Positions 20,484 through 33,839 are shown, numbered from the stretch's first letter. The stretch: 64,000 nucleotides of DNA from an uncultured Planctomycetota bacterium (GCA_963845755.1 CAWJTV010000036.1:64001-128000); one strand, 5' to 3'. Numbers and translations are program-made. Notes: generated by a model not told the origin, from the sequence alone.

Positions 20484-20864
20484 TCAATCGAACCACTCAT
20501 CGGCCGGGTCGAACGGCGGCACCACCATGTTCAGAATCGTCATCCGGCCGATGGCCCGGTGCCGGACGCCCGGCGGGATCATCACCGCATGGCCCGTTGC
20601 CACCGGCACCCGTTCGCCGTCCAGCTCGATGGCCGCGCCGGGGGCACACTCCAGGATGTAGTAGAACTCGGTGTGCTCGCGGTGGTAGTGGGTGCGGGCG
20701 TCGACCTCGACCTCGACGCGGTGGACGCTGGCCGGCGCATTGGGTATGTCGGCGAACGCGCGACGGGCCCAGCCGCAGGGGCATCGGACCGGCTCGATCG
20801 TGGAGTAGTCGGCAACGATGGGTGCGGCGGCGTCGGCCGGGATCTCGGTCGTGGCTCGACTCAA
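20484..20864 (-). CDS. Cupin-domain protein
   Basis: CPCG; HYHREHTEFYYIL; IPPGVRH. Confidence 0.85.
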   Translation of the reverse strand: MSRATTEIPADAAAPIVADYSTIEPVRCPCGWARRAFADIPNAPASVHRVEVEVDARTHYHREHTEFYYILECAPGAAIELDGERVPVATGHAVMIPPGVRHRAIGRMTILNMVVPPFDPADEWFD

Positions 20865-21836
20865 GGGATTGCCCTCATGCGAGGTTCGGTCGGCTCGGTC
20901 GTGACGGCTGGGATTCCAGCATACCCGCTCACGCCGCGCCCGGAGTCGGAGACCGGGACCCAGCTCGTATAGAGCCTATCATAACGACCAGGTTGGACAG
21001 ATCGTGTCCAACGTGCCCCATGTTCACCTCGAGGAAATCCCCGTCCTCTCCGCGGTCATTCGGCGGTTGGAGTGGAACGCCGTCGTCACAATCGTCCCAA
21101 CCCGACCCGACAAATCCCCGAGTCCAGATGCCGGGCCCGACAACGGAGCGTCATCGCGGACGACCAGCAGTCGCCGTGCCCGTCGCGGCGGACGCGGGGG
21201 AGCGGTCGTCGAGCGGGCCGTCAGGTCGGATCTTCCCGTCGTCCGCCGCTTGCCCTCCCCTCGGCCCGCCGACGGCGGAGCGCAATCTCCCGTCAAGAAA
21301 TTTTTGAAAAGATTTTTATCTCCCACGGCTGTTGAGAGTTCGGAAGCAAAAAACCGTGGATCCGGTACTAGGTGCATTAACGCTTTTCCAAAGTTGCGGC
21401 ATCCTGATAATAGAGGGGCCGCACGATCACTTCCCCGCCACGTCCGAGGCATCAGCAACCCATGTCAGGGGACACCGGAACTCGCCGCCGTCCGCCGGCG
21501 GCCGGTCGCAAGACCCGACCGGACCAACTCGGCAGACGCTCGTCCCGAACTCGTTTCAGGCCAACGCGATCGGGGATGGGCCGCTTCGTAATTGATGTTA
21601 GAATGTGCCCCTTTGTGCCACGACCCGCACCGCAGGCCGCCTCCCGGGGGTCGGACGCGTTCCAAAACGGGGACCGGCACCTCGAAGACTCGGAGCCGGT
21701 CCCCATCGTTGGAAAGAGCGTCCAGGGATCGGCGATCGCCGTTGACGGGTGTGGGCATCGATGTTATGGTCCGGCCCCCTGGTCTCATTCCGCGCCGGGG
21801 TGATGGGAGCCCGTGGACACGGAGGTTGACCGCAAT

Positions 21837-24800
21837 ATGACCCGGTCCCGCTGCGCAACCTCGCCGCGCCTGCGAGCGAGCCAGGCCCTCGCCCTGGCGG
21901 TCCTCATCATGGCAGCCGTCCTGTTCGGGACACCCGGCCGTCGCGATGGGCATGAGGCGATGGCCCAGGCACCACCAATGTCCCCACCCTCGACACGGCC
22001 CGCCACACCCAGATCGACCGTGCCTTTCCCCGTTCCGCCCGAGCTCCAGGGCATCGATCTGTCCCGGCAGACGGCCGAGGAGGCAGCCGCCAGGAGCGCC
22101 GGCTGCGTGACGTGCCATCGGGGACAACACGAGCCCCACGGCAAGCCGGAGACGGTCCGGCTCGGCTGCGTGGACTGTCATGGCGGCGACCCGCGGGCGA
22201 CCGACCTGCAACACGCCCATGTCTGGCCGCGATTCCCCGACGCCTGGGGCGGTTCCGGCAACCCGGTCCGGTCGTACACGCTCCTGAATCACGAGTCGCC
22301 CGAGTTCATCCGGTTCGTCAATCCCGGCGACTTGCGAGTCGCCCACCTGGGTTGCGGCACGACCAACTGCCACGCCGACCAGGTGCTCCAGGTGCGCAAG
22401 AGCATGATGACCCACGGCGCGATGCTCTGGGGCTCGGCCCTGTACAATAACGGCTCGGTCCCGTTCAAGCCGGCGCGATTCGGCGAAAGCTACAGCATGC
22501 ACGGGGCCCCGCAACGGCTCCAGACGGTCCCACCGCCGACCCCGTTCGAGATGGAATGGAAGGCCGTGGTGCCGTTCCTCGACCCGCTGCCGCGGTTCGA
22601 GATGTCGCAGCCGGGGAACATCCTGCGGATCTTCGAGCGTGGCCGGCGCGACCCGCAGGAGGTCGGCATTCCGAACCCGTTTGAAGACCCCGGCAAGCCC
22701 CGCGCCGGGCTGAGCGCCCGCGGACTGGGGACCCGCAACCGCACCGACCCGGTCCTCGTCAGCTTGCAGAAGACCCGCCTGTTCGACCCGACGCTCAACT
22801 TCCTCGGGACCAACGACCATCCCGGCGACTATCGATCCAGCGGCTGCACCGCCTGCCACGTGATCTACGCCAACGACCGATCGCCGGTCAACTCCGGCCC
22901 GTACGCCGCCTTCGGCCACCAGGGACTGAGCGCTCAGGCTGACCCCATGATCCCGCGCGATGAGCCGGGCCACCCGATCCGGCACCGGTTCACTGTGGGA
23001 ATCCCGACCAGTCAATGTATCGTCTGCCACGTCCACCCGGGTACCAATGTCCTCAACTCATACACCGGCTACATGTGGTGGGACGAGGAGACCGACGGCG
23101 AGCTGATGTACCCGCCGCGACAGAAAGACCCCACCGCCGAGGAATTCACCCGCTCGATGATGTCGAATCCGGACGAGACGGCGGCGCGGGGGAACTGGTC
23201 CGACCCGGCGTTTCTGGAACGGGTCGCCGAGCTGAACCCGCAGGCGCGGCACACGCAGTTCGCCGACTTCCACGGCCACGGCTGGGTCTTCCGCGCCGTG
23301 TTCAAGAAGGATCGGCACGGGCAGTTGCTCGACCACCGCGGCGAGACCGTGACCGACCAATCGACCGCGGCGCTGATGGCGGCCGTGCGGCTGCCCGCCG
23401 AGCTGAAGGAGCGCTATCGCACCCGCAATGCCGCCGCGACCCAGCAGGCCGCGTTCGATCGCGCCGAGGCGCGGCGCGATGGGGTCCCTGTCCACCAGCT
23501 CGACATCCACCTGGAGAAGGGGATGCACTGCGTCGATTGCCACTTCATCCAGGACGTGCACGGCAACACCAAGCTCTACGGCGAGGTCCGCGCGGCCATC
23601 GAGATCCAGTGCAGCGACTGCCACGGCACGCCCGCTCGACGGGCCGGCCTGATCACCTCCGGGCCGGCCTCGGACACCTCCGCGGTCGAGTCGGGCAAGG
23701 ACGGTCGCGACCTCTCGGCCTTGCGGACACCCTTCCGACAGCGACGTTTCGAACGACGTGGCGGCGCGATCATCCAGCGCTCGATGGTCGAGCGCGACCT
23801 GGAATGGGAGATCACTCAGGTCGCCGACACGATCGATCCCAAATCCAGGCACTACAACGAGCGCGCCCACCTGGCCAAGACCGTGCGGTTCCAGGGCGAT
23901 CAGATGGTCTGGGGCGACATCCCCGGCGGCAAGGAGCAGGTTTGCGCCCACGCGAGCGAGAAGATGAGCTGCATCGCCTGCCACTCGGCCTGGAACCCGA
24001 GCTGCTTCGGCTGCCACCTGCCCCAGCGCGCAACAAGAAGATGCCCCAGCTCCACAACGAGGGCGACGTCACGCGCAACTACGTCTCCTACAATTTCCAG
24101 ACGCTGCGCGATGATGTGTTCATGCTGGCCAAGGACGGCAATGCGACCGGCAACCGGATCGGCCCGGTCCGGTCGTCGTGCGCGATCCACGTCGGGTCGT
24201 ACAACGCCAACCGCGAGTCGATCTATGTCCAGCAGCAGACGATCTCGGGCGAGGGGATGTCGGGGGTCGCCTTCAGCACGAACGTGCCGCATACCGTGCG
24301 GGGCGGGCCGCCGGTCCGGCACGATCCGCGCCGTCCGGATAACGGCCGCCCGGCCAATGCGGGTGCCTATCAAGCCGGCCACTCCGACACCAAGACCTGC
24401 ACCGACTGCCACCTCGCGAAGGGCGATGACAACAATGCGATCCTGGCGCAGCTCCTGATGCAGGGGACGAATTATGTCAACTTCATCGGGCGATACTGCT
24501 GGGTCGCGGCGGGGGACCACGGCCTGGCGGCGGTGGTGGTCACCGAGCGCGACGAGCCCCAGGCCGTCATCGGCAGCTCGCTCCACCGACTCGCCTATCC
24601 CGAATACTACCGCGAGCACGTCGAGCGCGGCGGCAGACTGGTCCACTCGCACGAGCATTCCGGCAGGGACGTCGGCGAACGCCTCCGCCGGCCGGAGGTC
24701 CTCTCGATCCAGGCGCGCGGCGAGTACCTCTATGCCGCCTGCGGCGAAGCGGGGCTCCGGGTCTTCGACATCGCGTTCATCGATCACAAGGGCTTCTCGG

Positions 24801-25852
24801 AACGGATCGTCACCGCGCCGGTGTCTCCGATGGGTCAGCGCTTCTTCGTCCGGACCTCGTATTCCACGGCGGTCGCCGCGCCCACCACGACCGCGCCCGA
24901 CCCGACCCGCAGCCATCGCCCGGAAAACTCCGAAAAGCCCGTCCACGCGCTCTATGGCTACATCTACGTCACGGACCGCGACGAGGGCCTGATCCTCGTC
25001 CCCGCCGCGACCCTACTCGACGGCAACCCCCTGAACAACTTCCTCGGCCGCGAGCTGACCTTCAATCCCGACGGCGTCCTCAAGGGGGCACGTGGGATCA
25101 CGATCGTGGGGACGTATGCGTACATCTCGTGCGACGCCGGGCTCGTCGTGATCGCGCTCGACGACCCGAAGCACCCGCGCGTGACGGCCGTGGTGGGCGA
25201 GCCGTTCGTGAAGCATCCGCGGGCGGTCCAGGCCCAGTTTCGCTACGCTTATGCCTGCGACACGGAAGGCATCAAGGTCCTGGATATCACCGACCTGGCC
25301 CACCCCCGGCCGATCGCGATGCTCCCGATGCAGGATGCCCGGAGCATCTACCTGGCGCGGACCTACGCCTACGTGGCGGCCGGGAAGGAAGGGCTGGTGA
25401 TCCTCGACATCGAGCGGCCGGCGCAGCCGCGGGTCGATCAGGTGTTCAATCCCGGTGGCTGCATCAACGAGCTGAACGACGTGAAACTGGGGATCACGTA
25501 TGTCAGCGAGTTCGCCTACCTGGCCGACGGGCGCAACGGGCTGCGCGTGGTGCAGCTCACTTCGCCCGAGACGCCGGGTAACGCTGGGTTCAGTCCGCGG
25601 CCTACCCCCCAGCTCATCGCGAATTTCAAGCTACCGGTCGGCGCCCGCGCGCTGGCGATCTCGAAGGGGCTCGACCGCGACCGCGCCGTGGACGAGTCGG
25701 GCAACCAGATCGGAGTCTTCGGGCGCATCGGCGCCCGGCCCCTCAATGCCGAGGAGCAGCGCAGGCTGTACATTCACAACAATCAGATCTGGAAAGTCAG
25801 CGACGATCCGCAGGATTCAATCTACCGGCGCATTCCGGAACGCGCGCCGTAA
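21837..25852 (+). CDS. Large multiheme cytochrome c with C-terminal LVIVD repeats (indel near 24030)
   Basis: Signal/anchor helix; 9 CxxCH (CVTCH, CVDCH, CTACH, CIVCH, CVDCH, CSDCH, CIACH, CFGCH, CTDCH) plus CGTTNCH; repeats such as [16 protein letters not shown] and [16 protein letters not shown]. Confidence 0.88.
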
Positions 25853-26173
25853 TCATGTCTCCCGACCTTGCCCCCGGTGAACCAACCGTTCCAATCGACC
25901 AGGTCCCTGCCCGGATTCGCTCGGGAGATCTCCCCGAGGTTCTCGATATACTACATCAGCGCTTCTGCGATGATTGACATCGATAAGAAACACAACTCTA
26001 ATGATGAAAGCGACTTGAGTGACATCACCAGACTTCGATCGGGCCAGAGAGACCGAGGGCCCAGAAGAAACTGGGGGTTTGCCTGCGGAAATCGCCGGGC
26101 TCAATCGATGGTATAATAACGGGTTTGCGCGGGAATCGGCGACTCTATTCGCGGGGATCGGGAAGGTTCAATC

Positions 26174-28947
26174 ATGACTCACGGGAAGATTAGACAACCT
26201 TTGCGCCACCATCGCGGTTTTCATGCGTGGGGCGAGCCGCTCGAACCGCGAACGCCTCTGTCGGGGATCACGGTTAACGTCGTCACGACGCTGGACACGG
26301 TTGATCTGGTCTCGCTTCGGGTCGCGATTCTCACGGTTGATAACCAGGGCAGCCCGACGAGCCCGAATACCATCAACTTTCACATCCTCACGTCCGACCC
26401 CGGTTACGACCCTGTCAACAAGACGTTCACGATCGGTTCGTTCGACGCGTTGCCGCCGATCACCCGGCCGGTCATCATCGACGGCACCAGCGAATCGGCC
26501 TTTCTCGGACAGCCAGCGGCCATCGCGATCGACGGTAGTGAAACGAGGGAACCCTTCTCCAACGGACTGATTCTGGCCACCGGCTCAGACGGCAGCACCA
26601 TCGATGGCCTGGAAATCGGCCACTTCAATAACTCGGGTATCCTCGTCGAATCGACGGGCAACACGATCGGCGGCACAACCGCCGGCACAGGCAACATCAT
26701 CGGCCCAAACACCACGGCAGGTGTGGAGATTCTCGGATTAGCCAACCCGCCGATTACGAGTGCTGGTGCGAACGTCCTGGTCGGTAACTTTATCGGCACC
26801 AATGCCAAAGGCGCCGACCTGGGCAACGGTACCGGCGTGGACGTCGAAAACGGAAGCAACACCATCGGTGGAACCACGACGGCCGCGGCGAACGTCATCG
26901 GATTCAACCTATCTGCGGGCGTGGAGATTCTCGGTCAATCGGTGACGTCGAACGTCGTGGAAGGCAACTTCGTCGGCACCAACGCCAACGGCGCCAACCT
27001 GGGCAATCCGATCGGCATCCTCGTTCAATCGGTGGGCAACACGGTTGGTGGGACCACCGCCGGCGCGGCGAACGTGATCGGCTTCAATACCACGGCGGGC
27101 GTGTCCCTGATATCCGGCTTGAACGCTGTGGAAGGCGACTTCATCGGTACCAATGCCAGCGGTGCCTACCTGGGCAACGACGTGGGCCTGACTCTAGTAA
27201 GCAGCCCGAACAACACGATCGGTGGGACACCACGCGCCGACGGCGAAACATCATCGGCTTCAATACCGCGGCGGGCGTCGCAATGACATCCGCGTCGAAC
27301 GTGGTGGAAGGCGACTTCATCGGTACCAATGCCAGCGGTGCTAACCTCGGCAACGGCGTCGGCCTGATGGACAGCAGTGGCGGCAACACCATCGGTGGTC
27401 CCACCTCAGGCGCGGGAAACATCATCGGCTTCAATACTACGGCGGGCATGTCTTTGGTATCCGGCTCGGACGTCGTGGAAGGCAACTTGATCGGCACCAA
27501 TGTCAACGGCGCCAACCTGGGCAATCCCATTGGCATGCTCATTGAATCGGGGGGCAACACGGTTGGTGGGGTGACGGCCGGCGCAGCAAACATCATTGGC
27601 TTCAATATATCATCAGGTTTATATTTAATGTCTGGATCGAACGTTGTGGAGGGTGACTTCATCGGCACCAATGCCGCGGGTGCCAATCTGGGCAATGCCG
27701 TCGGCGTGCTCGACCACAGTGGCGGCAACACAGTTGGCGGAATCACCGCCGGCGCGGCAAACCTCATCGGTTTCAACACCTCCGCGGGCATTCAGATCGG
27801 CGGCACGGCCACTTCAGGAGACATCCTGATCGGTAACGTCATTGGCACGAATGCCTCGGGGCAGGTTGCGCTCGGCAACGGCATCGGCGTGCTGATCAAT
27901 GGTGGCTCATCGACCATGATTGGTGGAACCACGGCCGGAGCCGGCAACGTCGTATCGGGGAACCTGACGGCTGGAATAGAAATCGATGGGACCGCGGTCA
28001 GTGGGACGCAGATCGTCGGAAACCGGATCGGTACCGACCCGACCGGAACTTCAGCGGTTGTTCAGACCGGTCAGTCCGATCCTCAGGTTGCTCTTCAGAA
28101 CGCCGGGATCGTGATCATCGGCTCGCAGGGTAACACGATCGGCGGCACCAGTTCGGAGGCGCGTAATCTCATCTCGGGAAACTACGTCGGCGTGATGCTC
28201 GCCACGATCTCGGGACAGGGTAACCCCAACCAGGTGCTGGGTAACTGGATCGGCACGGATGCCTCCGGCCAGAAGGCGCTCGGAAACATCGTCGGGATCT
28301 ATATCAACGGGGCATCGGGGAACCAGGTTGGCGGGACGGGACAAGGTTCCGGAAACACGATCTCCGGCAACAGTTCAGTCGCGGTCGAGATCTACGGAAG
28401 TGCCTCGACCGCCAATCTCATCGAGGGCAATATCATCGGCCTGGCTGGCGATGGTCGCGGGGTCTTGCGGAAAGGCAATGGCCTGTTCGTTCAACCTGAA
28501 GGCATCTTCCTCCAGGATGCGTCCGGCAACGTGATCGGCGGGACCGCCGCGGGAGCGGGGAATGTGATCTCGGGCAATGAATCGGCCGGGATCTTCATCC
28601 TGGGCCGTACCGGGGTCTCCCGAGGGAACATCGTGGAATCGAACCTGATCGGCCTGGGGCCGGGCGGGAGCCCCGGTCCGGGAAACGATGGATACGGCGT
28701 CTTGCTCGCCAACGCGCAACACAATCAAGTCCAGCGCGCCGGGCCGGCCGCGAACCGGTTCGGCCGCAATGGGATCGCGAGCGTCCGACACGTTACGGGC
28801 CCTCTCAGCGCGGACCAGGCCCTGGCCTCGGCCCGCCGCACCCGCAGACTGACCTCGACCTCGACGCGGAAGCCGGTCCATCCCGCCGGGCCTGCGCGTT
28901 ATTCAGAATCCGCCAACCACGGGCGGAGTCGTGGGTCGTCGCAGTGA
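26174..28947 (+). CDS. Secreted right-handed beta-helix repeat protein (indel near 27240)
   Basis: EPLEPRTPLS motif; VSLRVAI; repeated GNTIGGTTAGAxNxIG / NxVEGxFIGTNAxG units. Confidence 0.85.
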
Positions 28948-30374
28948 CCGGCCGTAGTAGACGTTCAGGAAGACCATCGACTCGAAGTCGAACGGCTTGG
29001 GGCTGGAGACTGGCGTCACGATCGCGAACGTCAGAAGACTCCGGTCGTAGATCCCGATATTCAGGCCATACGTGAAGTCGACGATATTGGGCGATCCGGC
29101 GGGATCGCGGGGGTTGAATGGATCGTTGTGGTTGAGCGGCGTGTTGACGTGGACCTCGAACGTCGGCGCGATCGTCGAGATCATCGGGTTCACGCTCGAA
29201 TTCGGATCGGGTCGGCGGATCAGATAGCCCACTGCCGCGTCGTTGTACCACAAGGTCGGGTTCTGAGAGTTCGCCGCGGCGTCGATGATGCTGAATCCCT
29301 GAAAATAGATCCGGCCGGAATTGAGGATGTAGCCGAGAAACGGCTGAAAGCTCGTGGTATGAGTCGTGCTGGCGAAGGTATCGAAGCCAGCGAACTTGCC
29401 CGGGCCCGTCGGCGCCGTGACCGCCAAGCCTCCGGAAAGGATACTGCCGCTCTGGCGATCCTCCAGCAGGATGTACTTGGCATAAATGCTCAGGTCGCCG
29501 ACGGCCGTGCTCGTGCCGCCGAAATTGCCGTAGTTCCGCGGCACGCTCGACATGGCGGTGACCGTATCGATCGGCGGCGCGCATACCGATCGAGGCCTGT
29601 CCGTCCAGGAAGGTCTTCTCGAAACCGGCGATGTAACGAAAGACCTGGGTGTAGCCGATCGGCGCCTGCAATCGCTGGTTAACCTGGTCGTTGACCCCCT
29701 GGAAGTAGTTGAAGGTGAAATAAACGCGATCCTGGGGTCGTGGCGACTGATTCTCACTGATCTTGATGCCGCGGATCGAGGGAACCACCATCGACGCATG
29801 CCTCGGCCCGGGCACCCCCGGCGGTCGCGGAGGCGGAAACGGAGACGGGAGACTGATCCGAGATGCGAGCGGGCCCAGGTCGCCGATCATCTGGGGGATA
29901 CCGCCCGACGAGATTCCGGCCAAGCTTCCAAACGTCCCGGGCTGGCCCGGGAGCGTCGAAGCGTCGAGTTCTTCGGAGAGCAGCCGGTCGAGATTCGCCC
30001 GCGCGGATTCATTCGGGGACGGAGCGGTCGCCGTTGCCGATGAAGCGGCCGGCTGGGAAGTCGCTGGAGCCGCTCCCGGGGTTCGGGGTTGTGACGGCGC
30101 CGCCGGCTGAGGGGTTTGGCCCGGAGTCCGAGGCTGAGGAGCCGTTGGTCTTCGTGGCGGAGTCTGAGCCGGCGCAGCGGGCCGAGGTCCGGTCGTTGTC
30201 CCTCCAGGCCGGCTCGGAGGCGACGTAGGCGCCTGCCCCGGCTGGGTTTGGGGTCTCTCTTGCGCGGGATCGGGGATCGGGGTTATCGCCGTGCCCAACG
30301 ATGCCCCGTCGTCCTGGGCGTAGGTCCGCGCAGAGGCATGGGACTAAGGCCAGGTACAGAACCCCCAGGATCAT
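28903..30374 (-). CDS. Secreted protein: Pro-rich N-terminus plus probable beta-barrel (indels near 30300 and 29580)
   Basis: MILGVLYLALVPCLCA signal; KISENQSPRPQDRVYFTFNYF, GFEKTFLDG, GDLSIYAKYIL, PTFEVHVNTPLNH. Its 3' end overlaps the convergent gene by 45 bp. Confidence 0.7.
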
Positions 30375-30662
30375 GGTTCTCTCAAACCTCACGGGATTCT
30401 CCGTCGGCGCGAAAACGATGGACCATCCCCTCGTGACAGGCAACCTTCGCGGCATCGCAAAGGCGATAATTCCGCCATATCTGGTGGAATCGTCAAATTC
30501 ACGCCCATTCCTTGAGTGGATTTCATGGAAAGAGGGTCCTTGCTGGTTCGCGCAATCTGGGGCAATTGCGAAAGCCAGGACCATCGCACAACCGTGCGGG
30601 ATCGGGATTTGGCAAACGCCCCTCCGACCTCGGGCCTCGGCCGAGTTGTACTCAAGGCGGCT

Positions 30663-33600
30663 TCAACCCGAGCGGACCGACTCGGGCATCGAATCGCGGA
30701 GTCTCCTGAAGTCGTCGCGATCGCGAAGGGGTTTGAGGTCCGGTAGGTCGAGGATGGCCCTGATCCGGATGACGTGGTCTCGCACAGCGTCGCCGAGGAC
30801 TTTGACAGCTCGGGCCAGGCTGTCCTCCGCCAGTTTCTGCCCTTCGCTAGAGTTCGCGGCCGTATTGGCGCACCGGATCAAGAGGGTGGCCGCGTGGAGG
30901 TAGACCTTGGGATCAGTCGGGTGTATTGCCGGGAGCTGTTCGGCGGCAGCCTGGGCGTCGGCGAGACGGCCGGCGTCGATCAGGGCCAGCGTCAAGAGAA
31001 CCTGATCCTCGGCCAGGTAGACCTGGTCCGAGTCCGAATCGGGCCGGGCCTCCAAGACCTGCTTGTGGAGCGATTTGGCCTTTTCGGCATGATTCACGGC
31101 CTCGGCGGGCTTATGTCCGAGAAGGAGCTGGGCAAGCTGGTAGTGACCGCGGCCCAGAGTGCGCTGGTATTCGGGGACGTTGGGGTATTCGGCCAGCAGC
31201 GCCGACTCCACGTCCAGCGCCTTCACGAGGGCGGTCTCTGCCTCGATCCACGCGGTTCCCGCGAGGGCTCCTCCGACCGCAGCTTGCGCGATGGCCAGCT
31301 TCATACGATAGGAGGGTGTTCCGGGGAATCGTTGCTTCAGCGATTCGAGGAGCCGTGCCGCCTCCTTGTAGGAGGCGACGGCCTGCTCGGGCTGACGCTC
31401 GCGTTGGGCCAGGAAGCCCAGGTTGTATGCAACGGAGGACAGTTCCAGCGAGTACTGTGCGATGGCCGCGTACTCGGTTGCGAGCGTCCGCAGGAGTTTC
31501 TCGGACGTGTGAAGATAGTTCGCCGCTTCCTCGCTCCGTTTTTGCGGGAGCAGGGCCCCCAGATTGTTGGAAGCCCGGGCGTATTGCCATCTCGTCGCGG
31601 GGAGCGATTCGGGGCCTTCCAGCGAAGGGGCAAGCAGGTCGAGCGTGGCGCGGAAGGTCGTCTCGGCATCGGAGGAATGCCCCGAGGCTTTCTGAAGGAT
31701 CCCGAGGTTATTCCGGTATCGCGCCAGCCGGGTGCGATACTCGGGTCGATCGCCGAATTGCTTCAGGAGCCCTTGTTGAACCTCGATCGCGGTCTGATAC
31801 GCCGCCAGATCCTCGGCGCGGTTGCTGCCGCGGCGGGCCAGCAGCGCTCCCAACTGATAGCGACTGTCCGCCAGCGCTTGGTGGTCCTCGGCGGTCGGAT
31901 CCGGCAACTGGGTGATCTCCTCACGCAACCGGATGGCCCGGCGCAACAGGTCTTCCCCCTGCTGGAAGCGATTGGCATCCTTCAGCAGAACGCCCATCCC
32001 GTGAACGGCGCGGGCCAGGTCGCGACGGAAGTCCGTGTTGGCCGGGTCCAGTTTCGCCAGGTCCTCGAGCTCCGTGACCGCCCGACGATACGAGGTTTCC
32101 GCCTTGGGTAGATCGCCCATCAACGCTTGAATATCGCCGAGTCGGACCAGCGACCGCCCGGCTCCCCAACGGATCAGGGGATCGTCCTCCTTCTGAACCA
32201 GGAACTGCTGGTAGCCCGCTTGCGCCTTCTCCAGCAACCGCTGGCGCACGGGCTCCATCTGAGGGATATCGGCGAGATCGACATCGGCCACCTCGGCGAG
32301 CAGGCCGTCGGCGGCATCCTGGGCTAGCCGGAGGTTGTGCAGGGCACGCGCGGCGTTGGCGATGGCGATCTCCCGCTGCTGCTCGGCGATCGTTCGTTGC
32401 GTCTCGGTCCGTCCCCGCTCGCGGTCGATCAGCACGACGCCGACGGACAGGCCGATCACCGCGGTGACCAGGAGCGCGGCCAGGGTCGTCGCCAGGGTGC
32501 GGTGATGCCGGCCCCATCGCATCAATCGGACAGTCAGCGCGTCGCGATGAACCGAGACCGGCTCGTCGAGCAGCCAGCGGCGGACGTCCTCGGCAAGGTC
32601 TTCCGGACGCCGGTAACGATGGTGCGGATCATGGGCGAGTGCCTTGGCGCAGATGGCCTCGAGCGCCCGGGGAACGGTCGGCTCGAGTTCGCGCGCCTTG
32701 GGGAGGTTTCCTGCCCGGATCTTGCTAAAGACCTCGCCGATCGTCGCCCCGGAAGCCGGGGGCTGACCGGTCAGAATCTCGAACAGGATCGCACCCAGCC
32801 CGTAGACGTCAGTCCGGACATCGATCAGGTCACTCCGGCCTTCGACTTGCTCGGGGGCCATGTAGGCCGGCGTGCCGGCCTGGCCGCGCGTCTGCTGGGT
32901 CTCGGCGTCGGCGGAGACGGAGATGCCGGGCTCGGGTTGCGTCTTGAAGTCGTCGTCGGTCTGACCGACGATCTTGGCCAGGCCCCAATCGAGGACCACC
33001 ACCTCGCCGTGGCCCCCGAGGACCACGTTTTCCGGCTTGAGATCGCGGTGGATCACCCCGCGAGAGTGGGCATATCCGATCGCCTGGCACACCTTGACGA
33101 ACGGTTCGAGCAACTGCCGTTGCAGCTCGAGCCGGTCGGCGGCCTTGTCGGCCCGGCGCCGATGGAACTCGGCGATGGCATCCCGGAGGGTCTGCCCTCT
33201 CAGGAATCGCATCGTGTAGAACGGCTGATCGTCCTCCTTGCGACGGGCCAGCTCGTAGACCGGGACGATATTGGGGTGTTCGAGCTGCCCCGTGATCTGG
33301 GCTTCCTTGAGGAATCGGCGCCACGATTCGGGGCTGGGGGTCGCCTCCGATTTGATTTCCTTGAGCGCGACGTCGCGATTCAGGTCCGTGTCGTGCGCGA
33401 TCCAGATCTTCCCGAGTCCGCCTTCGGCATGCAGGCGCGTGAGGGTGTATCGCATCGCATCGCGCTGGGCCGCCGGTGGCACGAGCGTTTCGACGAGAAC
33501 ATGGCCCCGGGCCGGCGACAGCCCGTTGATCGACTGGCGAACGGCCGGGTTGGCGATCGCCCCCAGGACGTCCCGCGCCTCGAACTCGGCCACCGCACCC

Positions 33601-33839
33601 AGGGTTGCGCGCAGATCGCCCTGGTGCTTCTTCAGCTTACGTTCGAGCTTCCGCTCGACGTCGCCCCGGTCCTGTTCCGTGATCCATCGGCGCTCGATGA
33701 GCAGCTCGGCCAGCGGCCGCTCCAGCCGCATGGCCCAGCCGGCGCAGACATCGGCGAACTGGGCCTGATCGATCAGGTCATCCTGGAGGGCGATGACCGC
33801 GAACAGGAGATTGCGATCGATGTTGATGTTGGGGGACAT
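30663..33839 (-). CDS. Ser/Thr protein kinase with TM helix and TPR repeats
   Basis: AEGGLG, VALKEI, HRDLKPEN, DWG, GTPAYMAPEQ, DVYGLG; TPR-like helices after the TM. Confidence 0.93.
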   Translation of the reverse strand: MSPNINIDRNLLFAVIALQDDLIDQAQFADVCAGWAMRLERPLAELLIERRWITEQDRGDVERKLERKLKKHQGDLRATLGAVAEFEARDVLGAIANPAVRQSINGLSPARGHVLVETLVPPAAQRDAMRYTLTRLHAEGGLGKIWIAHDTDLNRDVALKEIKSEATPSPESWRRFLKEAQITGQLEHPNIVPVYELARRKEDDQPFYTMRFLRGQTLRDAIAEFHRRRADKAADRLELQRQLLEPFVKVCQAIGYAHSRGVIHRDLKPENVVLGGHGEVVVLDWGLAKIVGQTDDDFKTQPEPGISVSADAETQQTRGQAGTPAYMAPEQVEGRSDLIDVRTDVYGLGAILFEILTGQPPASGATIGEVFSKIRAGNLPKARELEPTVPRALEAICAKALAHDPHHRYRRPEDLAEDVRRWLLDEPVSVHRDALTVRLMRWGRHHRTLATTLAALLVTAVIGLSVGVVLIDRERGRTETQRTIAEQQREIAIANAARALHNLRLAQDAADGLLAEVADVDLADIPQMEPVRQRLLEKAQAGYQQFLVQKEDDPLIRWGAGRSLVRLGDIQALMGDLPKAETSYRRAVTELEDLAKLDPANTDFRRDLARAVHGMGVLLKDANRFQQGEDLLRRAIRLREEITQLPDPTAEDHQALADSRYQLGALLARRGSNRAEDLAAYQTAIEVQQGLLKQFGDRPEYRTRLARYRNNLGILQKASGHSSDAETTFRATLDLLAPSLEGPESLPATRWQYARASNNLGALLPQKRSEEAANYLHTSEKLLRTLATEYAAIAQYSLELSSVAYNLGFLAQRERQPEQAVASYKEAARLLESLKQRFPGTPSYRMKLAIAQAAVGGALAGTAWIEAETALVKALDVESALLAEYPNVPEYQRTLGRGHYQLAQLLLGHKPAEAVNHAEKAKSLHKQVLEARPDSDSDQVYLAEDQVLLTLALIDAGRLADAQAAAEQLPAIHPTDPKVYLHAATLLIRCANTAANSSEGQKLAEDSLARAVKVLGDAVRDHVIRIRAILDLPDLKPLRDRDDFRRLRDSMPESVRSG

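Noticed and set aside
20865..21836. Hidden gene or ncRNA in the ~1 kb divergent intergenic region
   Set aside because: No convincing ORF or RNA motif; only an AT-rich patch (~21295-21385) and a small palindrome (~21669-21703).
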